In this document: in pieces, positions 16,584-26,333 of the stretch
How positions within the stretch are numbered: position 1 is the first letter of the stretch
How the letters are laid out: each line of letters begins with the position of its first letter
NCBI GenBank assembly: GCA_041477005.1
Contig: JBGOUJ010000001.1
Location: 1-51,027, forward strand
From: Terriglobia bacterium
GTDB taxonomy: Bacteria > Acidobacteriota > Terriglobia > Bryobacterales > JACQDG01
Reading direction: 5' to 3'
Length of the DNA stretch: 51,027 nt
Program-made: the position numbers and the translations under genes
Notes under the pieces: generated by a model
What the model was told of the DNA's origin: nothing
Databases searched by the model: none
The model's input: only the letters and a program-made list of their open reading frames with translations

Positions 16584-17528
16584 ATGCTGGTGTTTCTGTT
16601 CATGCTGTCGCTGGTTGCGTCGGCGCCGATCGTCGCGGCGGCCGAACATCTCCAGAGCGGGGAGAACCACTTCTTCAACCTGGAATATGACGAGGCCATC
16701 GTCGACTACAATCGCGTGGTCGAGCAGAACCCGAACGATCCGCTGGCTTATACCCATCTGGCCAGCGCGCAGCTCTACAAGGAGCTCTACCGGATGGGGC
16801 TGCTCGAATCGAGCGCCCTGCGCGGCGACAACCAGTTTCTGAACCAGAAACGGCCCCAGCCCGATCCGCAGGCCCGGGCCCGGTTTCTCGACACTCTCGA
16901 GCGGGGGCGGCGCGTGGCCGAGTCCCTGCTGGCAACCGATCGACGCGACCAGGTCGCCCTTTACGCCCTGGGAACCAACTACGCCTTGCGGGGAAACTAT
17001 GAGTTCATGGTGGAAAAGGCCTGGTTCTCGGCGTTGCGCAACGGCGGCAAAGCCCGCGACTACTGCGAGCAGTTGCGCAAGCTGAACCCCAACTTCGTGG
17101 ACGCTTACCTCGTGCTGGGTGTGTATGAATACGTAGCCGGGCACCTGCCGCTGCCGGTGAAGGTGCTGGCGGCGATCGGCGGCGTGCACGGGAGCAGAGA
17201 GAAGGGCGAGGCCTACATCACGCGGGTGGCGCGGGAGGGCAATTACGCCCACAACGACGCGCGGGTTTTGCTGGTCATCGTCTACCGCCGGGAGCGCCGG
17301 CCGCTGGAAGCGGCCAAGATGCTGGAAAACCTGATCGCCGACTTCCCCCGCAATTACGTGCTCGGGCTGGAGCTCGCCTCCATGTACGCCGACGCCGGCC
17401 AAAATGACCGGGCGATCGCCACCTTCAAGGGCCTGTTGCAGAAGGCCGGCGAAAACGCCCCCGGCTACCAGCGCCTGCCCCGTGAAGCCGTGCTGCGCAG
17501 GATCGAGAAGCTGCAAGGGGGGTCGTAG
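16584..17528 (+). CDS. secreted tetratricopeptide-repeat protein, first gene of the A2M locus
   Basis: ATG 16584 gives MLVFLFMLSLVASAPIVAAAEHL (signal peptide). TPR-like helices follow (YDEAIVDYNRVVEQNPNDPLAYTHLASAQLY...). The track start 16548 lies inside the repeat hairpin and is disfavoured. Confidence 0.8.
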   Translation: MLVFLFMLSLVASAPIVAAAEHLQSGENHFFNLEYDEAIVDYNRVVEQNPNDPLAYTHLASAQLYKELYRMGLLESSALRGDNQFLNQKRPQPDPQARARFLDTLERGRRVAESLLATDRRDQVALYALGTNYALRGNYEFMVEKAWFSALRNGGKARDYCEQLRKLNPNFVDAYLVLGVYEYVAGHLPLPVKVLAAIGGVHGSREKGEAYITRVAREGNYAHNDARVLLVIVYRRERRPLEAAKMLENLIADFPRNYVLGLELASMYADAGQNDRAIATFKGLLQKAGENAPGYQRLPREAVLRRIEKLQGGS

Positions 17529-17557
17529 TAGAGGGCGATCAGCTATAATCGCTACAC

Positions 17558-18631
17558 ATGACGATTCGCTCCCGCGCCAATCGGCTCGCGGTATCTATGG
17601 GGGCGGTCATCCTGCTGTTTCTCGCCGTTGCGTGGGGCCAGGCAGTGTTGGGGCGCCATCGATCCTTGCCATTGACCATCGCGCTTCAGCCGGCCCAGAC
17701 CCTGGCCGACGGATATGAAATCGCCACGCTGGTCGTGGAAAGACCCGCGGCAGAGCCGGCTCAGGGACCTGTCAACATCTCCGTTGTCGAGAATGTGCAC
17801 GGCGCCACGGTCCAGGAGGTCGCGGAAACCGAGACTGGATGGCGCGCTCAGATCCGCGCCGGCGTCGTGCCAGGTCGCGTCCTGCTGCGCGTCGAGGCTC
17901 CCGGCTTCCTGCCGGCCGTGACGGCGCTGACTTCGAGTCTGGAGACGGACGATCGGGCCGGCGACGGCACGCCCGATTTTCTCCGGCTCGACGACGAGCA
18001 CGACCAGCAGGCCTTTCGCCGCTGGTTCACATTCCTCGCCGAAGCGCAATACTTCCAGCAAACGCGGTCGCGGACCGCCGAGATCAACGATTGCGCCGCG
18101 CTGATTCGCTATGCCTATCGCGAGGCGCTGCGCCTGCACGACAGCCGCTGGGCAGCGGAGGCGCCGTTGCCGCTCGTGCCGGGCTTGGAGTCGATTGCCA
18201 AGTATCAGTACCCGCACACGCCGCTGGGAGCGGCCCTGTTTCGAGTGCGGCCCGGCTCGTTCCGGCCGGCCGACCTGGCCGATGGAGCTTTCACCCAATT
18301 CGCTGACGCCCAAACTTTGCGGCGCTTCAACACCCACTTCGTCAGCCAGGACTTGTCGCGCGCTTTGCCGGGCGACCTGCTCTTCTTCCAGCGGCTCACG
18401 GAGCACATGCCTTTCCATACCATGATCTTCCTGGGCAGGAGCCAGATCACCACCGGCGCCGCCGGCTACGTGCTCTATCACACCGGCCCGGACGGCGGGA
18501 GTCCCGGCGAAATCCGGCGATTGAGGCTGGACGAGCTTCTGGGCCATCCGGACCCGCAATGGCGCCCCATCGAGCGAAATCCGATCTTCCTGGGCGTCTA
18601 TCGCTGGAACATTCTCAGAAAGGCTTCTTGA
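17558..18631 (+). CDS. DUF1175 (YfaT-like) family protein
   Basis: 357-aa ORF with signal/anchor [15 protein letters not shown]. The core [14 protein letters not shown]...[19 protein letters not shown]...YQYPHTPLG...[24 protein letters not shown] matches my memory of DUF1175, the partner of E. coli yfaS-type A2M. Confidence 0.8.
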   Translation: MTIRSRANRLAVSMGAVILLFLAVAWGQAVLGRHRSLPLTIALQPAQTLADGYEIATLVVERPAAEPAQGPVNISVVENVHGATVQEVAETETGWRAQIRAGVVPGRVLLRVEAPGFLPAVTALTSSLETDDRAGDGTPDFLRLDDEHDQQAFRRWFTFLAEAQYFQQTRSRTAEINDCAALIRYAYREALRLHDSRWAAEAPLPLVPGLESIAKYQYPHTPLGAALFRVRPGSFRPADLADGAFTQFADAQTLRRFNTHFVSQDLSRALPGDLLFFQRLTEHMPFHTMIFLGRSQITTGAAGYVLYHTGPDGGSPGEIRRLRLDELLGHPDPQWRPIERNPIFLGVYRWNILRKAS

Positions 18632-18634
18632 GCG

Positions 18635-21600
18635 ATGACGCGTTCCACGATTCCGGCCAGGATGCGAATCCTGCTGCGCGCGCTCTTCCTCGTTGTATTG
18701 GCTGCGCCCGGCATCGGCCAGATCGAAGACGCGCCATATTTCTCGCTGAGCAGCAGCCGCACTTTCGGCTCCAAGGGGAAGCCCTCGGTGGCCATGAGTG
18801 CATGGAATATAGATGCACTCGAGTTTCGGGTTTACCGCATCAACGACCCGGTGAAGTTTTTCCAGCAGCTCGAGGATTCGCACCAGTTCGGAGGCCGCGC
18901 CCCGAGACCTCCGCGCACGCGCACGCTGCTGGAGCGCGTCCACAATTGGAAGCGCAGGCTGCGCGCGGACATCCGCCTCACGCTGCGGGGCCAGTTCAGC
19001 GAATCCCCGAGCGCCCATTTCGAAAGCCTGTTCCCCCGCGAAGCGAAGCCGGTGAGCCGCCAGACCGGTTTTGCCGAGGTTCCGGTCCTCAATTCCCAGC
19101 AACTCGTTCTGTCGTTCGTGCAGCCGGTGCGCAGCCGGAAGCGCTGGGAAACGCAGAATGTGGAGCTGGGGGTCAATCAGAAAGGCGTGTTTCTGGTGGA
19201 GGCCGTCCGGGGAGACCTGCGCGCTTATACCGTTCTCATGGTCTCGGACATCGTGATGATCACGAAGAGCGCGCGCGGCCGCATCCTGAGCTTCGTGGCC
19301 GACCGCTCGACCGGCGAGCCTCTGTCCGGGGCGGAAGTCTACCTGTTGACGCGCGACGGCCGGTCCAGCGTGACTCGGACCAACGCCGACGGCGTGACCG
19401 AGATGGACGTGACATCTTCGCGAGTGGACGAGGTCCGGATTGTCGCTCGCAAAGGGGCCGATGTCGCCGTCAGTGCGCTGGCGAGCTACGCCCTCGACTC
19501 GGGGCGCGATCGCTGGACGGGCTACGTCTACACGGACCGGCCGGTCTACCGCCCGGGCCACACCGTCCACTTCAAAGGGATTCTCCGGCTGCGTGCGGCC
19601 GTGGGCTACGAAGTGCCCTCCGCCAAGACGGTATCGGTCGAAATCAAAGATCCCGAGCAAAAGCCGGTTTATCGCAAGAGTCTTACCACGAGCGCCAACG
19701 GAACCGTCCACGACGAGCTTGCTCTCCCCTCGGGCGCGGCGCTCGGCAACTACTTCATCGAGATTCACGAGGGCGAAAGCTACATGAACGGCGGCTTCGA
19801 GGTGGAGGAGTACAAGAAGCCCGAATACGAAGTGCGAGTCTTGCCCGCAAAGCCGCGAGTTCTTCAGGGTGAGACGGTGCAGGCCGTCATCGATGCCCGT
19901 TACTACTTCGGCGAGCCGGTGAATGGGGCCAAGGTAAAGTACGCCGTTTACCGAAGCCGCTACTGGTATCCGCTCTGGTATGAGCCCGATGAGGACGCGC
20001 CGGCGCAGGGTGAAGGCGAGGACCGCGAAAACGATGGAGAGGGGAGCGAGCAGATCGCGCAAGGCGAGGGACAGCTCGATCCGGATGGCAAGCTGGCCAT
20101 CGATGTAGAGACCACGATATCCGGGCACAGATTCGACCATGTTTACCGGATCGAGGCCCGCGTCGCCGACCAGGCGAAGCGGGAGATTTCGGGAACCGGT
20201 TGGGTGGTCGCCACCTATGGCAGCTTCCTGGTGAACGTGCGGCCGGACCGCTACTTCTACGAGCCGGCCAGCAAGGCCGCTCTCACGGTCGAGGCGCGGG
20301 ACTACGACAACAAGCCCATACAGACCGGAGTTCACGTCGAACTGCTCAAGTGGAACTGGCGGGATTCGTCCAAGTCCGAGGTCAAGGCCCAGACCGATGT
20401 CACCACCGGCGCCGACGGTTCCGCGACGGCTGAGCTGAACATTCCGCCCGAAGGCGGTTCTTATCATGTTCGCGTCGCCGCTCGAACGCCGGAAGGCCGG
20501 GACGTGGAGCAGTCCAGCTATCTTTGGGTTTCCGGCAGGAGCGAAGCCGATTTCTTCGGCCCCGGGCGCAAGACCGTCACCATCGTGCCGGACAAGAAGA
20601 GCTACCGGCCGGGTGATACGGCCAAGCTGTTGATCGTCACCGGCAAGGCCGGAACGCCGGTGCTGGTCTCGGTGGAAGGCCGCGACCTTCGCAGCCGCCG
20701 GCTCATTCGATCGAAGGATGCGACCGCGGTTTTCGAAGTCCCGCTTTCGGTGGACGATGAGCCGGGCATCTTCGTGACCGCGCAGTTTGTCCGCAACGGC
20801 GAATTTTATCAAAGCGCGAGGCGTGTGAAAGTTCCGCCGGAAGAACACAAGCTGAGCGTGAAAGTCACCACGGACAAGCCGCAATACCTGCCCGGAGAGA
20901 CGGCCGCTTACAGCATCGATGTGACGGGCCCGGATGGGGAGCCGGTGCCGCGCGCGGAACTGAGCCTCGGCGTGGTCGACGAGGCGATCTACGCCATCCG
21001 GCGCGACCGAACGCCGGACATTCTCAGCTTCTTTTTCGGAAACGAGTGGAACACCGTCTTCACCGAGAGCTCCCTCAACTACTACTTCAGCGGGGAGGCG
21101 GGCAAACGCCGCATGCAACTGGCCGGGCTCCGGCCGCCATCGAGGCTGGCCCAGTTGAAGCCGGAGCGGCTGGTGCAACCGAAGGTGCGCAAGGCGTTCC
21201 CGGACACAGCTTTTTGGGTGGCGGATATTACCACGGACGGCTCGGGCCGGGCGCGGGCGAAAGTGCCGTTCCCCGATTCACTCACGACGTGGCGCGCCAC
21301 GGCGCGCGGCATCACCCGGGATAGCAAGGTCGGCAGCGCGACCCTTAAGACCATCGTGCGCAAGAATTTGATTCTGCGCCTGGCCGTTCCGCGCTTCTTT
21401 GTGCAAGGCGATGAGGTCATAATCTCGGCGATTGTCCACAACTATCTGGCGGGCGCGAAAACAGCGCGAGTGGCGCTGAATCTCACGGGGCTCGAAGTGC
21501 TCGAGGGGGCGGCCAAGGACGTGCAAATCCCCAGCCGCGGCGAAGTGAAAGTGGACTGGCGAGTCCGGGCAAAGGCAGTACGGAGCGCGACCGTGAGTGG

Positions 21601-23275
21601 GCAGGCTCTGACGGATGAAGAGTCGGACGCGCTCGAGCTCGAGCTTCCCGTGAATCCGCCGGGCGTGAAGCTCTCGCAGGCCAGGGGCGGGTCTCTGGCC
21701 GATACCGGTGCGGCGGCCTTTAGCTTGACGTTCCCGCCGCAAGTCGAACCGGGATCGCGATCCCTGTCGATCCGGATCTCTCCGTCGATTGCAGGCTCGC
21801 TGTTCGGAGCGCTCGAATACCTCACCTCCTATCCCTATGGTTGCGTCGAGCAAACCATGTCCAGTTTCCTGCCGAACATCATCGTGAAGAAGACGGTGCG
21901 CGACCTCGGATTGAAGGAGAATCTCGAAGAGGCGGCGCTGCAGGAAAAAATCCGCGCGGGTCTCGACCGGCTGTATAGCTTCCAGCATGAAGATGGAGGC
22001 TGGGGCTGGTGGGAAACCGACGAGAGCCATCCCTTCATGACGGCTTACGTTGTGAGCGGCCTTGCACAAGCGCGGTCCGCTGGCGTGGCAGTCAAGGATG
22101 ACGCGGTCAGCAAGGGCGCGGCCTGGCTGCAAAAACGCTTCGCGAGGGACTCCAAGCTCGCCCCCGATCTCCGGGCCTACCTGGCCGGCGCGCTCGTCGC
22201 CGCCGGTCAAGCGAACCTGGGCGCACTGGGCCGGGTCTACGAGCAGCGCTCGGGACTTTCTCCATACGGGCTGGCGCTGCTGGGCCTGGCGCTCGAGGAA
22301 GCGAAGGACGGGCGCGCGGGCGGGATCGCGGATACGCTGGAGCGGAGCGCGAAGCAAGATGACCAGCAGGCGTGGTGGCCCGCTACACGAGACCAGATGC
22401 TCGACTTCTCGGCCGACGTCACGCCGGAAGCAACCGCCTACGCGGTCAAGTTCCTGTCCCATCAGCGGCGCGACAGCGCTTTGCTGCCCAAGGCCGCTCT
22501 CTGGCTGATGAATCATCGCAACGAGGGCTACTGGTGGTGTTCCACGAAGCAGACCGCCATGGTGATCTACGGCCTGAGCGATTGGCTGAAGGCCTCGGGC
22601 GAGCTCCACCCGGACCTGGCGGCGACGGTTTATGTGAACGATCAGGCCGTGATGACGCGCAAGTTCGAGCAGGCCACCGCCATCAGCGCGCCGGAGTTGA
22701 CGCTGGACGAGACAAAACTCCAGGCCGGCGAGAACCGCATCCGCGTCACCAGCTCCGGACAGGGCAGGCTGTATTACTCGGCGCGAGCCGAGTATTTCTC
22801 TACGGAAGAGAAGCTGCAGAAGACGGGCAGCGTCTCGCTGAACGTTCTTCGCGATTACTTCCAGTTGAAGCCGACCAAACAGGGCGAGCGGATTGTTTAC
22901 GACACCGTTCCCCTGGACGGGCCGGTTTCCTCGGGCGACGTCATCGCGGTCCGGCTCACCGTGACCGGTTCGGATTGGAGATATCTGCTGGTCGAAGACC
23001 CGATCCCGTCCGGCACGGAGTTTATCGAGCGCGACAATCTGTACGAGCTCAAGAGCCGGCCGCCCTGGTGGCAATACTGGTTCACGCGCCGCGAGCTTCA
23101 CGATGACCGCATGGCGATCTTCCAGACTTACTTCCAGCAAGGGCAGGGGCAGTATTTCTATCTGCTCAAGGTGGTCAATCCCGGCGTGTTCAAAGTGAGC
23201 CCGGCCCGCGTGCAGCCGATGTACCAGCCGGAATTCCTCTCGACGACGGAAAGCCGGCGCCTGGAGGTAAAGTGA
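18635..23275 (+). CDS. alpha-2-macroglobulin family protein with intact thioester motif
   Basis: 1546-aa ORF with a signal peptide (RILLRALFLVVLAAPGIGQ) and repeated MG-domain text. The thioester CVEQ is at 21842-21853 (YPYGCVEQTMSSFLPN), followed by the TED region HEDGGWGWW. The gene starts 4 nt after the DUF1175 stop. Confidence 0.95.
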   Translation: MTRSTIPARMRILLRALFLVVLAAPGIGQIEDAPYFSLSSSRTFGSKGKPSVAMSAWNIDALEFRVYRINDPVKFFQQLEDSHQFGGRAPRPPRTRTLLERVHNWKRRLRADIRLTLRGQFSESPSAHFESLFPREAKPVSRQTGFAEVPVLNSQQLVLSFVQPVRSRKRWETQNVELGVNQKGVFLVEAVRGDLRAYTVLMVSDIVMITKSARGRILSFVADRSTGEPLSGAEVYLLTRDGRSSVTRTNADGVTEMDVTSSRVDEVRIVARKGADVAVSALASYALDSGRDRWTGYVYTDRPVYRPGHTVHFKGILRLRAAVGYEVPSAKTVSVEIKDPEQKPVYRKSLTTSANGTVHDELALPSGAALGNYFIEIHEGESYMNGGFEVEEYKKPEYEVRVLPAKPRVLQGETVQAVIDARYYFGEPVNGAKVKYAVYRSRYWYPLWYEPDEDAPAQGEGEDRENDGEGSEQIAQGEGQLDPDGKLAIDVETTISGHRFDHVYRIEARVADQAKREISGTGWVVATYGSFLVNVRPDRYFYEPASKAALTVEARDYDNKPIQTGVHVELLKWNWRDSSKSEVKAQTDVTTGADGSATAELNIPPEGGSYHVRVAARTPEGRDVEQSSYLWVSGRSEADFFGPGRKTVTIVPDKKSYRPGDTAKLLIVTGKAGTPVLVSVEGRDLRSRRLIRSKDATAVFEVPLSVDDEPGIFVTAQFVRNGEFYQSARRVKVPPEEHKLSVKVTTDKPQYLPGETAAYSIDVTGPDGEPVPRAELSLGVVDEAIYAIRRDRTPDILSFFFGNEWNTVFTESSLNYYFSGEAGKRRMQLAGLRPPSRLAQLKPERLVQPKVRKAFPDTAFWVADITTDGSGRARAKVPFPDSLTTWRATARGITRDSKVGSATLKTIVRKNLILRLAVPRFFVQGDEVIISAIVHNYLAGAKTARVALNLTGLEVLEGAAKDVQIPSRGEVKVDWRVRAKAVRSATVSGQALTDEESDALELELPVNPPGVKLSQARGGSLADTGAAAFSLTFPPQVEPGSRSLSIRISPSIAGSLFGALEYLTSYPYGCVEQTMSSFLPNIIVKKTVRDLGLKENLEEAALQEKIRAGLDRLYSFQHEDGGWGWWETDESHPFMTAYVVSGLAQARSAGVAVKDDAVSKGAAWLQKRFARDSKLAPDLRAYLAGALVAAGQANLGALGRVYEQRSGLSPYGLALLGLALEEAKDGRAGGIADTLERSAKQDDQQAWWPATRDQMLDFSADVTPEATAYAVKFLSHQRRDSALLPKAALWLMNHRNEGYWWCSTKQTAMVIYGLSDWLKASGELHPDLAATVYVNDQAVMTRKFEQATAISAPELTLDETKLQAGENRIRVTSSGQGRLYYSARAEYFSTEEKLQKTGSVSLNVLRDYFQLKPTKQGERIVYDTVPLDGPVSSGDVIAVRLTVTGSDWRYLLVEDPIPSGTEFIERDNLYELKSRPPWWQYWFTRRELHDDRMAIFQTYFQQGQGQYFYLLKVVNPGVFKVSPARVQPMYQPEFLSTTESRRLEVK

Positions 23276-23294
23276 GCCGTGAAGTGAGCCTGAA

Positions 23295-24047
23295 ATGACC
23301 CGGGCCACGCGTACGCTTTGCCTGTTCCACCTGGCGGGAAACGCCTTGCTGCTGTGGCTTGGCTATTACTGGCTGGGCGTCGGCGAATCCAGCACGGCGC
23401 GGCTCGCCTGGAGCGCTCTGGTGGCGCTGGCCCTCGGGTGCCTGACACTGTGGCTGCACGGCGCAGCCTTTGCGTACTTCCGCGCGAGCGATCGGTCGAG
23501 CCTGACGACCGCGCTGCGGACCGCTCTGCGGAGCTTGCCTCCGCTCGTCGTGCTCGGGATCGCCGCGTTGGGCATTTACCTGCTTCTGGCCTGGTGGCGC
23601 GATTATAGCTCGCAGCCCGCGTTCAAGATTGCGTCGTACCTGACGCTGAAGCTCCGGAAGCCGCTGAAGCCCGCCGCCGTCTGGAGCGCCTTCAATGTTG
23701 TCCTGTGGCTGGTGCGTTGGGTGGCGCTGCCGGTAATCCTGCTGCCTCTGGCCGCCGAAGTGGCAGGCAGAGGCTGGTCCGGTTTCCGGGGCGAAGCCTG
23801 GAAGCTGAGCAATCGCAAGCTCTACTGGGTCGGAGCGCCCTTGCTTCTGCTGTGTGCCTTGTGGGTTCCCTTCCGGCTGATCCTGTGGGCGCCGCGAGTG
23901 AGCGGCTTTGGGATGGAAATGACCAGCTTTCTGATCCGCCAGGCGGTCGCCTATCTGCTCTTCGTGGGGGCCTGGCTGCTGCTCGAGTTTCTCAGCTCCG
24001 GCGGCAGGCCGCTCCTCAGCCAGGTCAAGACCGCGGACTCTCCATAG
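23295..24047 (+). CDS. polytopic membrane protein of unknown function, last gene of the A2M operon
   Basis: 250-aa ORF starting 20 nt after the A2M stop. It has at least 5 hydrophobic segments (LCLFHLAGNALLLWLGYYWLGV, WSALVALALGCLTLWL, PPLVVLGIAALGIYLLLAWW, VVLWLVRWVALPVILLPLAA, LYWVGAPLLLLCALWVPF...). Confidence 0.65.
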   Translation: MTRATRTLCLFHLAGNALLLWLGYYWLGVGESSTARLAWSALVALALGCLTLWLHGAAFAYFRASDRSSLTTALRTALRSLPPLVVLGIAALGIYLLLAWWRDYSSQPAFKIASYLTLKLRKPLKPAAVWSAFNVVLWLVRWVALPVILLPLAAEVAGRGWSGFRGEAWKLSNRKLYWVGAPLLLLCALWVPFRLILWAPRVSGFGMEMTSFLIRQAVAYLLFVGAWLLLEFLSSGGRPLLSQVKTADSP

Positions 24048-25450
24048 CGATCGACCAAAGCTGCTACCTGGCGTGTTGCGTCTCGATAGGCATGGCGCGC
24101 CCGGCCGGCGTCCGCTGTCTGGCGGAGGCCGGTGTCGTCGGGGTTTCGCGCGGGGGCGCGCGCCGCCTGTTCGGGGCGCTCCAGAAATCCAACCAGCCCT
24201 TCCCGAAACCAAACGGGCAAGCCGGATGTCGCCCCGCTTTCCACCATGACGTGAAGCAACTCGTGACGAAGAGTTTGTTCCAGAGCGCCCCGGCTGGCGA
24301 ACACCGTCACCGGCTGCAGGTGAATCCGCAAGCCCGTGGTGTGCGCGGCCACCCAGCCCGGCTCGCTGGTGGCGTTCCGAAAGGTTTCTACGTCCGGGTA
24401 CACCCGAATCTCGACGTTTCTCGGCAGGGGCAGGCTCGCTTGCCGGGCTAGGCTCCGGCCGAGCCTCTCGGCTTGCGCCAGCACCGTGCGGTCTTGATCC
24501 GGCTGCGTGGTCATCAGGACGATGGATTCGCCGCCCAGCCGCACCCAGTTCAAACCGCGCCCCGTGAGCCCGACCAGCGTTCCGCGGTAGTAGAACGCCA
24601 GGATCTCGCGATAGGAGTGGCCCTCCGATCCCAGTTGGTCGGCGCCGCGCTGGCACAACCCGGCGCCGTGCCCCGCCCCGGAGCCGTAAAAGGCAAAGCG
24701 GCGATCCGCGGACGACACCTCATAACGATCACTGCGCAGGGTGTTCCAGCCCAGGCTGCGCCCGAGGGCAAACCGGAACGAGCTGGCGCTGACGGCAATC
24801 GATTCTCCGCTGCCGTAGAGTGCGAGAGTCCGGGCTCGGCCGGAATCCGTCCGCTGCGAGATGGCGATTCGCTCGACCCTCGGCGGGGCGCGCAGGCCGG
24901 ATTGGCGTAGCGCGGCGGCGACCTCTGGCGGACTCGCGGTCCATTGCCAGTCCGGCAGGGCCGGCCGCCGGCAATAGGGATCGTCCTGGCTCTTCAGGTA
25001 GGGCGCGCTCAGGTCGGGCCACACCGACCCGGCGTCCTCGGTTTTTCCGCCGCAATCCCGCGTGTAGCAAGCGAATGCGGGTTTCCCCTCAAACCAGAGC
25101 AGCTCGCCGGCTGTTTCTTCGGCGATTGATTCGAGGCGCGGGGTGACGGAGCGCAGGTCGACGCGCTGGCAATGCGTCGTGCCGCAGAGATCGAACCCTT
25201 CGGCGGAGTGCCGGCCGTGCAGCCGCACAGCGTAGGTGCGGGCGGCCACTGCCATGGCCTTCAGGCCCTCCTCCGACCGGAATACGCTGCTTTCACCCGC
25301 GAGCACGGCGGCCACGTACTTCTCGAGCGGTAGTGTAATGGTGCTGCCGCCATCGCCCTGGGTCAGGCGGACCTTGAATACGGGGCCGGCGACCGGGGGA
25401 GCCGCATAGAGCGCCGCACCGATCAGAAGTGCAAAGAGTGCGCGAATCAA
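23951..25450 (-). CDS. SpoIID/LytB-domain protein fused to a C-terminal HExxH (peptidase MA-like) domain
   Basis: 499-aa ORF with a TTG start and a signal peptide (MIRALFALLIGAALYAAPP). LEKYVAAVLAGESSVFRSEEGLKAMAVAARTYAV...FDLCGTTHCQ is the SpoIID signature. The C-terminal third carries RHELLHVMVESGATSGLPVWFREGLV. Confidence 0.9.
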   Translation of the reverse strand: MIRALFALLIGAALYAAPPVAGPVFKVRLTQGDGGSTITLPLEKYVAAVLAGESSVFRSEEGLKAMAVAARTYAVRLHGRHSAEGFDLCGTTHCQRVDLRSVTPRLESIAEETAGELLWFEGKPAFACYTRDCGGKTEDAGSVWPDLSAPYLKSQDDPYCRRPALPDWQWTASPPEVAAALRQSGLRAPPRVERIAISQRTDSGRARTLALYGSGESIAVSASSFRFALGRSLGWNTLRSDRYEVSSADRRFAFYGSGAGHGAGLCQRGADQLGSEGHSYREILAFYYRGTLVGLTGRGLNWVRLGGESIVLMTTQPDQDRTVLAQAERLGRSLARQASLPLPRNVEIRVYPDVETFRNATSEPGWVAAHTTGLRIHLQPVTVFASRGALEQTLRHELLHVMVESGATSGLPVWFREGLVGFLERPEQAARAPARNPDDTGLRQTADAGRARHAYRDATRQVAALVDRYGESAVLTWLRSGLPPELRNSSSSQAPTKSR

Positions 25451-26322
25451 AGCTGGCCTGCTAAATGCGCTTGGATGATCCGGCCGGCGATCGGGGCTGC
25501 GTCCGCGCCACCGGAACGGCCTTGTACGGCAACGGTCACTACGACCGCCGGGGACCTGCTGGGAGCGAAACCGGCGAACCAGGCAGCGTACGTGCCGGTG
25601 GCCGTTCTCACGCTCCCGGTTTTGCCGGCGATGCTCACGCCGCTGATGCGGGCGCGCTGCGCGGTCCCATACTCCACCGCGCCCTCCAGCCCCTCCAGAA
25701 TCGGGGCCATTTCCGGTCGAGTGGCGCCCGAGGCGAGCCGATGGTAAGCCAGGAGAAGCTCGAGAGGCGTCGTAACTACCTGGCCTTCGCCCAGCGCTTG
25801 CAACTGGTGGGCCTCCACCGTAGCGGCGGGCTGAACCTCACCCACCACTTCGGCCTCACCAAGCAACCCGGTGCGGGATGAGAAACCCGCGGCCGCCAGG
25901 CGGCGCGCCAGCTCTCCAGGCTCGAACCGCTGCGCAAAATGCGCCACGAAGCAGTTGCAGGAGTAGGCAATCGCCGTCCGAACGTCCATCGGGACGCCGA
26001 TCGGCGGATGCGAGCATGCGAAAGACCGGCCGCCCACCGTGAGCTGGCCCGAGCAGGGAAACTGTTCGCGGGCGGTGAGTTTCCCGGCTTGGATCAGCGC
26101 CAACAGGCTGAACGGCTTCAGCGTGGATCCCGGTGGAACGAGCCACCCGCGGGCCAGATCAGGACCGTGGAGCGCAACCAGCCGGCGGGTCCGGAAATCG
26201 AGCAGCAGAGCCGTCCCGCGCGACGCCTCAAAGAAGCGATCCAGACTCGCGCCGGCCCCGGCAAGCGCCTCTGCCCCGGCGCCGAGCAGCCCGGCGAGAA
26301 CCGTCCTGCGCAGCATCAACAC
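25447..26322 (-). CDS. penicillin-binding-protein transpeptidase-domain protein (no glycosyltransferase domain)
   Basis: 291-aa ORF with the three PBP motifs: SxxK (GSTLKPF), SxN (YSCNCF) and KTG (AGKTGSV). Its stop overlaps the TTG start of the SpoIID gene. Confidence 0.85.
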   Translation of the reverse strand: MLMLRRTVLAGLLGAGAEALAGAGASLDRFFEASRGTALLLDFRTRRLVALHGPDLARGWLVPPGSTLKPFSLLALIQAGKLTAREQFPCSGQLTVGGRSFACSHPPIGVPMDVRTAIAYSCNCFVAHFAQRFEPGELARRLAAAGFSSRTGLLGEAEVVGEVQPAATVEAHQLQALGEGQVVTTPLELLLAYHRLASGATRPEMAPILEGLEGAVEYGTAQRARISGVSIAGKTGSVRTATGTYAAWFAGFAPSRSPAVVVTVAVQGRSGGADAAPIAGRIIQAHLAGQL

Positions 26323-26333
26323 CGGAGGCTTAT

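Noticed and set aside
17552-23308. Very long reverse-strand ORFs (17552..21178, 1208 aa; 21278..23308, 676 aa) covering the A2M region
   Set aside because: They are antisense shadows of the well-supported DUF1175/A2M genes in high-G+C DNA. Their translations are Arg/Gly/Ala/Pro-rich with no recognisable motif, while the plus strand carries MG-domain text and the CVEQ thioester.
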